A stretch of DNA of 64,000 nucleotides from Myxococcales bacterium (lineage in GTDB: Bacteria > Myxococcota_A > UBA9042 > JABWCM01 > BTVJ01): assembly GCA_045863395.1 (NCBI GenBank), contig BTVJ01000024.1, positions 1 through 64,000 on the forward strand, read 5' to 3'. Below are positions 57,320-64,000 of the stretch, piece after piece. The notes under the pieces were generated by a model. That model saw nothing but the letters and a program-made list of their open reading frames with translations, was not told the DNA's origin and did not search any database. Numbering within the stretch: position 1 is the first letter of the stretch; each line of letters starts with the position of its first letter. A program made the translations under genes and the position numbers.

Positions 57320-57999
57320 CTACAGCACGAGCGAACCCCGATCAAACAGCGCTCCGACCAATTCGCCGAGCTGACCTGTGTTGCTGGCCCGTGTCCCTGT
57401 TGCGTTGTACGCCCCGCGCCGGGACTCGTTGCATCGACGCTGTCAGTGGGCCGGGGGGAAGCAGCCTGTGCGAGGATGGGGGCTGGGTGACGGCGGTCGG
57501 CTGTGGGCGTGAGTCCTTGTGGGGTCGTGGCTGGGACTGCGGTCAGGCGGTCCAGCCTTCGGGGGTTCTCCAAATGGCGCCGAGTGTGTGGAGCTTGGTG
57601 AGGGTGGCTTCGAGGTGCTGGTCTGCGGTAGCGAGGAGCTCCTGGAGGTGGCGGCGTGAGACGGGGCCGTCCTGGACCCGGAGCTGCTCGACGAGGCGGT
57701 CATCGAGGGTGGGGGGCTTCGAAGTCGGCTGCGATGAGGCGGGGGGGGGCGGCGGCCAGACAGAGGGAGACAGGCTCGGTGGGGGGTGACGCGATGCCGT
57801 GCTGCGAGCATGACGGTCGCTTCCGTGCGGGTGAGGAGGAGGGAGGAGTCCGCCCAGGCGAGCAGGTCGTGCGCGCCACGCGGTGCGGCGCGGTGATCGG
57901 GTGGACTGCCGCCGGTCCGGGCGTGGTGACCTCATACATCCGTTCGCCAATGGTCGAGCTAGCGTGACGGCCGACGCCCCCCAACACGGCGGCACGGTC

Positions 58000-58029
58000 T
58001 TGCGCCGCACGATGTTACCAGCTAACATC
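58000..58029 (+). promoter_or_regulatory. Putative TA promoter with operator palindrome
   Basis: TTGCGC-17 bp-TAACAT; GATGTTA-N5-TAACATC at 58011-58029 overlaps the -10. Confidence 0.65.
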
Positions 58030-58051
58030 CGGCAGGGATGCCGAGGTGAGG

Positions 58052-58378
58052 ATGGCGGGCCGGAAGAAGAACCCGAAGCTGGACAAGGCGACCCTGCTCC
58101 AGCGTGTGCGGGCCGCCATCGCGACCGGCGAGTACCGCATCCTTCCCCACGCCCGCCAACGGTGCACCGAGCGGCACGTGTCGGCACCTGACATCGAGAA
58201 CGCCCTGGAGGCGGGGCACCACGTTCCCCGGCGGGATCGGTACGACGAGCCCACCGGGTCGTGGAGCTATTGCTGCGAGGGTCCGTCGGTAGACGGCGAC
58301 CTGCTTCGGGTCATCGTCGCGTTCGAGGACTGGATGCTTATGGTGACCGTCGTCCGGCTCGGCGGTGAGGAGGACTGA
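58052..58378 (+). CDS. DUF4258 (RelE/BrnT-like) putative toxin
   Basis: YRILPHARQR...DIENALEAG...LRVIVAF...MVTVV pattern, 108 aa. Confidence 0.75.
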   Translation: MAGRKKNPKLDKATLLQRVRAAIATGEYRILPHARQRCTERHVSAPDIENALEAGHHVPRRDRYDEPTGSWSYCCEGPSVDGDLLRVIVAFEDWMLMVTVVRLGGEED

Positions 58379-58380
58379 GC

Positions 58381-58815
58381 ATGGCCAACGTCGTGTACGA
58401 GGAGCTTGGGTTTCCGATCCTCCTGCTGGACCCACCGATGGTCGAGGTTCGGGGCCACCAGGTGCCGGACCTGAACCTGCGGGAGCTTCAAGAGGCCGTC
58501 TTCCGGCTCCTCATCGTGAAGCCGGCCCGGCTCACCGGCGCCGAAGTCCGGTTCATCCGCAAGCACCTCCGGATGCGACAGGCCGATCTGGCCCGGGTGC
58601 TCAACATGGCGAACCACTCGGTCGTGTCGCAGTGGGAGGGCCGTGAGGACCAGTTCACCGGGATGGAGTACAACACCGAGGTGCTGCTCCGCGTCTGGAT
58701 GGCGGCGAAGGTCGGGATGACCGACCAACTCCTGAACCTCCTGGAGGCGAAACTCAAGGACCTGGCCCCGGCCTCGGGTGAGCCGATGGCGGTCGAGCTT
58801 CCCCACGCGGCCTGA
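58381..58815 (+). CDS. XRE-type HTH antitoxin (MqsA/HigA-like)
   Basis: LTGAEVRFIRKHLRMRQADLARVL...VSQWE; 2 bp after the toxin gene. Confidence 0.8.
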   Translation: MANVVYEELGFPILLLDPPMVEVRGHQVPDLNLRELQEAVFRLLIVKPARLTGAEVRFIRKHLRMRQADLARVLNMANHSVVSQWEGREDQFTGMEYNTEVLLRVWMAAKVGMTDQLLNLLEAKLKDLAPASGEPMAVELPHAA

Positions 58816-58978
58816 GTGCCGTATCCCGAGCGCAAGCCCTGTCTGAACGTCCCCAGCAAGTCCCCCGGCAGAGAGAGACGAGGAAGCGGCCCCGCCGGCG
58901 CCGTGATCACGTCGCGATCAGCGGCGCCGATGCAGGTCCCCCAAGATGCTGAAAGGAATGGTGAAATGGAAAAGGGTA

Positions 58979-59002
58979 GTGGAGGCGCCGGGAGTCGAAC
59001 CC
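58979..59002 (-). mobile_element. Probable att site: isolated 3' fragment of tmRNA (ssrA) or tRNA-Ala
   Basis: Minus strand GGGTTCGACTCCCGGCGCCTCCAC gives a T-loop, acceptor 3' strand and discriminator A; no 5' part of the gene is adjacent. Confidence 0.72.
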
Positions 59003-59086
59003 TCCAAATCCGTCCTCCTTACCTGAGTCGGCTTTCGCCTTGCGTGTCGGGCGTTTAGCCTCGCGCCGAGGCCGCCTGACGAGGGA

Positions 59087-60313
59087 TCACGAGGGCTCAA
59101 TCGGCGCCATTTGGTGTCCAGCCTGTGTCCGTGGCGTGTCCGAGATCCGGGGCGCCGGGCCTGCCCCATTGGGCTCCAGCAGATCGAGGGCAAACACCCA
59201 TCCCGGGCCGTTCTTGTTCCGGTCATAGACCGAGATCGCCGGGTCGGCCTTGGGGAGGAGCACCTTCCCGCACTCGACGGCCACGGAGTTCGGCACGGCC
59301 GGGAAGACGTGAATCCGCACGCCTGCGCCATGAACACGCCGGATGTCGTGAAGCGCCTGACGGAAGAGCCCGGCGAACTGGGCCAGCAGCCCGCGAGTCC
59401 TCACGAAGTCGGCCTGGGGTCGGCTCGCCGTGATGCGCCAGATAGGGACGCAGCCGGGTGGAGAGGCAAGGACCTCCTCGTCGTGAACCACGCCGCTGAC
59501 GGACAAGACAAGCGCCACGTCGGGCGCGTCACCTGCGCAGTCCTCCGGCGGGTCGAGGGTGAAGCCGTCTCCGCCCTCTCCGGGCGCATCCTGCCACGCC
59601 CAGGTGTCGGGGACTCGGAGCTTCTGGAAGACGTGGACGGAGGCGATGTCCCCGAGGGCTCGCCCCAGCACCATCAGGAGGGGGATCGGGGCAAGCGCGA
59701 ACACCGAGATCGAGGTCGGAGTCGGGTTCCCGAGCGAGGCTCGAAGGGCATCGCGGACCTGGCGAACGATCTCCCCAGCAGTGAAGCTCCAGAACTGCGG
59801 TTCGTCATCGCGCACGGCCAGGGTGGTCAGGTCGATCGTGAAGTCCCCGCGCTCGGGGTACAGCAAGAGCGGCAGCATCGCCGTCCGCGCCATGTCCCTC
59901 GACACGACGGTCGCCCGTCCTCCGATGTTGGCCTTCACGAAGACGAGCTTCGTCTTGTGGGTTGCCTGCATGTCGAGCAGGTTCGCCACCCGCACTTCGT
60001 GCTCGCGCTTGAACCGCAGAAGCAGATCCTCGGGGTGCTCCTCTACGGCATCCACGTCGATGAGCCGGTGGTGGTCGAGGCAGAGCAGCATCAGGTTGGT
60101 GATGGCCTGGGCGAGTTCGGCCGACCTCGTCGCGTGTCCTCGCGGGCCTTTCGGGCTGTCGGCGACGATGTGGGCGAAGACCGACCTGTTCATGTCCCGC
60201 TCGGTCAGCTCGTCCACGTCCAGGCGCTTGTTGCAGCCTGGATACTCGCACCGGCCACCCGCTCGTCCGACGAGGGCGAGCTTCACGCTCGGGGAGATGT
60301 AGCTGCTCGACAT
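59087..60313 (-). CDS. cap5: CBASS effector, HNH-SAVED (Cap5-like)
   Basis: GGRCEYPGC, AHIVADSPKGPRG, NLMLLCLDHHRLID; SAVED motifs VFALAPIPL...LG, LSVSG, IHVFPAVPNSVAVECG. Confidence 0.9.
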   Translation of the reverse strand: MSSSYISPSVKLALVGRAGGRCEYPGCNKRLDVDELTERDMNRSVFAHIVADSPKGPRGHATRSAELAQAITNLMLLCLDHHRLIDVDAVEEHPEDLLLRFKREHEVRVANLLDMQATHKTKLVFVKANIGGRATVVSRDMARTAMLPLLLYPERGDFTIDLTTLAVRDDEPQFWSFTAGEIVRQVRDALRASLGNPTPTSISVFALAPIPLLMVLGRALGDIASVHVFQKLRVPDTWAWQDAPGEGGDGFTLDPPEDCAGDAPDVALVLSVSGVVHDEEVLASPPGCVPIWRITASRPQADFVRTRGLLAQFAGLFRQALHDIRRVHGAGVRIHVFPAVPNSVAVECGKVLLPKADPAISVYDRNKNGPGWVFALDLLEPNGAGPAPRISDTPRTQAGHQMAPIEPS

Positions 60314-60324
60314 GACCGTGTGGG

Positions 60325-61284
60325 CTACGCGGGGAAGTCCGGCCCGAACACGCGGGCGAGGCGACGGCAGGCTTCCGGCTCGTTCGACGAGGCGAGCGAA
60401 GCAGCGGCCGACAAGGCGTCACGGAGCGAGACCAGCCGCTGCTTGAACTCGACCATCTGCTGGTCGCTCATCCGGGCGAACAGGTCGTTGCCCGGAGGCA
60501 GCGGGAGTTGCACGGACAGGCGGCCCGACCACGAGAACGCGCTGATCATGGACGAGACGACTTGGTGAGTCGCGGACAGGTCGTCGTACTCGACCTTGTT
60601 GTTCCAGACATCCCAGACCGTCTTCTTGCCCGGCGTGAACCAGAGGTAGGCGCACGCGGTCAACGCGATGCCCCTCGGCGCCGCGTTCCCCTCCACCGAG
60701 AACCCGAAGTCCTTCCACCGCTTCAGGTAGCGGATCACTCGGCGGAACTGGTCGGCGTCGTCGCCGGAGTGCTTCTTCGAGATGAGGTCCGTGAGGTCGC
60801 GTGGGCTCGACTGCACCCACTTCCGCTGGTCGGCCGATGAGTTCTGCTTCCCGGTGGCGAGGTGAAGTCCGCCCCGCATGTCCTTCGCGTACACGGCGAG
60901 ATCGACATGGTACAAGGGCTCGCCGCCCTGGCTGTAGAACACTGTGATGCAGGGGCGGCGGAACCCGACCGGCTTCTGGGTGTGCCCGTTCACGGCGGTG
61001 AAGACCCATTCCTTCACCTTGACGGGATCGGGGTACTGGGCCTTGTCGATGTTGAAGACCAGCCCAACGTCGATGTCGAAGTCCCCGGCGACCGGCTTCA
61101 CCCCGGTCCCCATGTCGTAGCTGCCCTGGTTGAACGGCTCGAAGGTCGGCCGCTGCGCCCTTGCGAGGCCGTCGCGGAGGCGAGTCAGGACGCGATCCCG
61201 CTTCTCTCGGAGTTCCGCGTTCTCGTCGAACCGCTTGAGCTTGATGGCCTCGTCGAACGTCCTGAACTTGCTCTGGAGCCCCAC
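60325..61284 (-). CDS. cGAS/DncV-like cyclic oligonucleotide synthase (CD-NTase)
   Basis: NQGSYDMGTG...DFDIDVG, YHVDLAVY, WVQSSP, IRYLKRWKD, RVFGPDFP. GTG start with GGAGG. Confidence 0.9.
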   Translation of the reverse strand: MGLQSKFRTFDEAIKLKRFDENAELREKRDRVLTRLRDGLARAQRPTFEPFNQGSYDMGTGVKPVAGDFDIDVGLVFNIDKAQYPDPVKVKEWVFTAVNGHTQKPVGFRRPCITVFYSQGGEPLYHVDLAVYAKDMRGGLHLATGKQNSSADQRKWVQSSPRDLTDLISKKHSGDDADQFRRVIRYLKRWKDFGFSVEGNAAPRGIALTACAYLWFTPGKKTVWDVWNNKVEYDDLSATHQVVSSMISAFSWSGRLSVQLPLPPGNDLFARMSDQQMVEFKQRLVSLRDALSAAASLASSNEPEACRRLARVFGPDFPA

Positions 61285-61466
61285 GTCCGCCCTCCCAGGG
61301 TAGGTAGTGTCCGGCCAATGTAGGTACGGATCGCCCGTTGGCAAGGGGCATCCCGGCTGGCCCGAGTCACCGGGGCGCGCCCGGACACCCCGGGTCTGCG
61401 AGCGTGTCAGTGGCCGATGGGTATAGGTGGTGGCCGAGGGAACGCCTTGTCGCCCAGGAGACGCGC

Positions 61467-61652
61467 ATGACCACGAAGATCACGACCTACCTGACCCTCC
61501 CCGAGCAGGTGCGCCGTATGGCGGGCATGGCTGCCACCCGCGCTGGGGTGACCCTCTCGGAGTACGTCTTGTCGTTGATCGTCGAGGACTGCCGCAGAAC
61601 CGGCGTCGCGGACCTCGTGCCCCCGAAGCCGGAGGTGCAGGTCTCCGGCTGA
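61467..61652 (+). CDS. Small ribbon-helix-helix DNA-binding protein
   Basis: TTYLTLPE beta strand, then AATRAGVTLSEYVLSLI. AGGAG RBS. Confidence 0.62.
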   Translation: MTTKITTYLTLPEQVRRMAGMAATRAGVTLSEYVLSLIVEDCRRTGVADLVPPKPEVQVSG

Positions 61653-61710
61653 TCCGCAGCTCAGCCTCCACCGCTCGCGAGTAGCTCCTCTTGAAAGGAG
61701 GCCCTACTCG

Positions 61711-62643
61711 ATGTCCACGACCGCCACTACCGCCGACCGCCGCTCCGTCTACCAGACCGTCACCGACCGCATCGTCGCCGCTCTCGAACGCGGCGTTGCG
61801 CCCTGGGTGTGCCCGTGGGACAGGAGCGGCGGGCGGCCCCAGAACGGGGCCAGCGGCCACGTCTACCGGGGGATCAACGTAGTCCTGACCGGCATGTCCG
61901 GGTACGGCGACGCCCGCTGGTTCACCTACAGGCAGGCCCAGCGGCTCGGCGGCCAAGTGCGCCGAGGCGAGAAGGGCACGCCGGTCGTGTTCTGGCAGTT
62001 CGTGGATCGCCGGGCCGTCGCCGACGGCGAGCACGAGGGCGAAGAGCAGCACTCGGGGCGGACCTCCCGGGTGCCGTTCGCCAAGACCTACGTGGTCTTC
62101 AACGCCGAGCAGATCGAGTGGACTGCCGACTCGCCGATGGCGGCCAAGGCCGAGGCCGAGCCCGTCGCGGTCGAGGCGTGGCAGCACGCCGCGACGGGCC
62201 TGATTGCGGCGTGCGGGGCCGACATCCGGCACGGAGGCACGCGGGCGTACTACTCGCCCACCGAGGACTACATCCGGCTCCCCGAGGTCAGCCGGTTCAA
62301 CGCCATCGCCGACTACCACGGCACCTGCCTGCACGAGTTGGCGCACTGGACGGGGCACGCAAACCGCCTCGGCCGGAACCTGACCGGCCGGTTCGGGGGC
62401 GAGGCCTACGCCGCCGAGGAGCTGGTCGCTGAGCTGGCCGCCGCGTTCATGTCGGCGGATCTCGGTGTCCCCGGCAAGCTCCAGCACGAGGAGTACATCG
62501 GGAACTGGATCACCCTGCTGGGCAAGGACACGAAGGCGATCTTCACCGCCGCCCGCTTGGCCCAGGACGCCGCCGATTTCCTGCTCGGCAAGGTGCGCGG
62601 CCACGGCGTTGTGGCCGACGAGCACGTCGCCGAGGTGGCGTGA
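61711..62643 (+). CDS. ardC: ArdC-family antirestriction protein (ssDNA-binding + zincin-like MPTase)
   Basis: YQTVTDRIVAALERGVAPW, YRGIN, VRRGEKG, VFNAEQ, AYYSP, HELAHWTG, YAAEELVAEL. Confidence 0.92.
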   Translation: MSTTATTADRRSVYQTVTDRIVAALERGVAPWVCPWDRSGGRPQNGASGHVYRGINVVLTGMSGYGDARWFTYRQAQRLGGQVRRGEKGTPVVFWQFVDRRAVADGEHEGEEQHSGRTSRVPFAKTYVVFNAEQIEWTADSPMAAKAEAEPVAVEAWQHAATGLIAACGADIRHGGTRAYYSPTEDYIRLPEVSRFNAIADYHGTCLHELAHWTGHANRLGRNLTGRFGGEAYAAEELVAELAAAFMSADLGVPGKLQHEEYIGNWITLLGKDTKAIFTAARLAQDAADFLLGKVRGHGVVADEHVAEVA

Positions 62644-62945
62644 TGCACGCCACGCCGGTCATCGGCACCGAGACCATCTACACCGGCACCGAGCACCCGT
62701 ACCTGACCGGCCTCCGCGTGCGGATCGTCGCCGTGATGAAGGACGCCGCCCGCCCCGACCACGATCCCGACGCCGCCTACATCCGCGACGACGAAGACCT
62801 CGGCCACGTTGGCGGCGTGACCGCTGACGACCGAGTCGAGGTGCAGCCGTGGTTGGAGGCCGAGGGCCGGTACTCGTGGGTGACCAGCGACGCGAAGGCC
62901 ATGGACCTCGCCCTCTTCGCCCATCTCCGGGAGTCCCCACCGTGA
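62643..62945 (+). CDS. Hypothetical protein
   Basis: TGATG coupling to ardC; GC3-biased codons. Confidence 0.62.
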   Translation: MHATPVIGTETIYTGTEHPYLTGLRVRIVAVMKDAARPDHDPDAAYIRDDEDLGHVGGVTADDRVEVQPWLEAEGRYSWVTSDAKAMDLALFAHLRESPP

Positions 62946-63433
62946 GCGACAAGCCCATCGACATCGAGCGCGAGCGGATCGCCTGCGTCTTCGGCCTCGG
63001 CGGTGGCGAGCTGCACGAGCCCCACCCCGAGTGTCCGGACGAGTGGGACGGCATGATCGCGTACTGGTACGACGGCGTACCCGACTCCGCGACCGAGCTG
63101 CGGGACGTGAACATCGTCGAGTGCTTCGCCTGCGCCGGGATCGGCTACGACGCCGACCGCGATGCCGACTGCCGTTCCTGCGACGGGATCGGGCACCACG
63201 ATCGCGAGGTGCGCACGGCGATCCTGGAGTGCCTCTATGGTGAGCCCGAGCCCCCCGAGGGGTGGGAGCGCATCGCGTCGTTCACGTCGAGCGGTGAGGC
63301 CGAGTGCTGGTGGTGCGGCGACGGCTCGGGCAACGAGGACGAGCGGGCCACCTGCAAGCTCTGCGAGGGCGACGGCCTCATCTACCTCGGCGACGGCTGG
63401 GCCGAGGTGGTGCTCCGCCGAACCTCGGCTTGA
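62942..63433 (+). CDS. Acidic hypothetical protein with four CxxC (DnaJ-like CxxCxGxG) motifs
   Basis: CFACAGIG, CRSCDGIG, CWWCGDG, CKLCEGDG; GTGA overlap with the upstream gene. Confidence 0.65.
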   Translation: MSDKPIDIERERIACVFGLGGGELHEPHPECPDEWDGMIAYWYDGVPDSATELRDVNIVECFACAGIGYDADRDADCRSCDGIGHHDREVRTAILECLYGEPEPPEGWERIASFTSSGEAECWWCGDGSGNEDERATCKLCEGDGLIYLGDGWAEVVLRRTSA

Positions 63434-63458
63434 GTACCACTCATTTGAGTGGTAGCAT
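63430..63458 (+). promoter_or_regulatory. Promoter and 20-bp palindromic operator of the LexA-like gene
   Basis: TTGAGT-17 bp-TAGCAT; TACCACTCA-TT-TGAGTGGTA at 63435-63454. Confidence 0.72.
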
Positions 63459-63466
63459 TTCCGCGA

Positions 63467-64000
63467 ATGGAGCCCCTCACCGACAAGCAGCGCCGGGTGT
63501 ACGACGAGGTGGAGGCCAGGATCTCTGCTGGTGGCCTCGCGCCGACGCTGCGGGAGCTGTGCTCGCACTTCCGATGGTCGTCCACCGGCACGGCTCGGGA
63601 CGCCCTGAACGCCCTCGTCCGCAAGGGCTACCTGCAAGCGGCCGACGGCCGTGCTCGGGGCTACAGGCTCGTCCGCCGTCCGCCGTCCGCCCTGCGGGTG
63701 CCCCTGCTGGGCCAGGTGCCTGCGGGGGTTCCCGTCGAAGCCGTCGAAGTCGCGCATGGGGACGTGCCCGTGCCGGAGCCCATCGTTTCAGCCTCCGCGA
63801 ACTTCGCGCTGCGCGTGACGGGCGACAGCATGACCGGGGCGAGCATCCAGGACGGCGACCTCGTGTTCGTTCGCCAGCAGGCCGTGGCCGAGCCCGGCCA
63901 GATCGTCGTGGCCCGCGTAGACGGAGAGGTCACGGTGAAGCGGCTCCGGCGCCAACGAGGACGCCTGGCGCTCGTCCCGGAGAATCCGAGCTACCGGCCG
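63467..64000 (+). CDS. lexA: LexA-family repressor (wHTH + S24 peptidase); 3'-partial
   Basis: LTDKQ...PTLRELC, LVRKGYL, VPLLGQVPAG (Ala-Gly cleavage site), GDSM (Ser), VTVKR (Lys). Runs off the window. Confidence 0.88.
   Translation, partial: MEPLTDKQRRVYDEVEARISAGGLAPTLRELCSHFRWSSTGTARDALNALVRKGYLQAADGRARGYRLVRRPPSALRVPLLGQVPAGVPVEAVEVAHGDVPVPEPIVSASANFALRVTGDSMTGASIQDGDLVFVRQQAVAEPGQIVVARVDGEVTVKRLRRQRGRLALVPENPSYRP

Larger units (their letters stand above)
59003..64000. mobile_element. End of an integrative element / genomic island (extends beyond the window)
   Basis: Bounded by the att-like fragment; cargo of CBASS, ardC, RHH and LexA-like repressor. No integrase within the window. Confidence 0.6.

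Noticed and set aside
55951..57789. 612-aa plus ORF and the 128-aa N-terminal extension of the AAA gene (HRWNF repeats)
   Set aside because: The plus ORF is a shadow frame. The extension merely translates the 15-bp DNA repeat; the family-typical start is MKPAEIIDR at 57189.
58930..59060. Complete tRNA gene
   Set aside because: Only the T-loop and acceptor 3' strand are present; no D or anticodon arm and no matching 5' acceptor strand.

Overview
High-GC bacterial DNA. Gene content points to a Myxococcota-like (deltaproteobacterial) host: many Cys-rich lipoproteins, a MYXO-CTERM-like tail, and an sdhCAB-sucCD-ndk-rlmN cluster (inference). 1-14.5 kb holds a giant partial Cys-rich lipoprotein and housekeeping genes (prs-cysteine desulfurase-thiI; sdhCAB, sucCD, ndk, rlmN). 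14.5-48 kb is dominated by secreted or surface proteins: an eCIS-core (DUF4157)/PG-binding/M15 peptidase fusion, an S46 peptidase, SulP with a candidate structured leader RNA, an orphan nucleotidyltransferase pair, a 13-kb minus-strand cluster (1860-aa repeat lipoprotein, propeller, NlpC/P60-like enzyme with TSP1-like repeats, two IPT/FG-GAP lipoproteins) and a VIT-vWA/propeller pair. 48-54.6 kb is metabolic (PilZ, Cys/Met PLP enzyme, rraA, gloB, GCS2-CBS, nhaA). From 54.6 kb there is a defence/TA hotspot: MNT-HEPN with a degenerate HEPN motif, an AAA-DUF234 protein behind palindromic tandem repeats, and a DUF4258-HTH TA pair. A tmRNA/tRNA-Ala-like 3'-end fragment at 58979-59002 (probable att site) then opens an integrative element carrying a two-gene CBASS (CD-NTase + HNH-SAVED), RHH, ardC, a Zn-finger protein and a probably leaderless LexA-like repressor with its own palindromic operator. 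All assignments come from motif reading; no searches were run.
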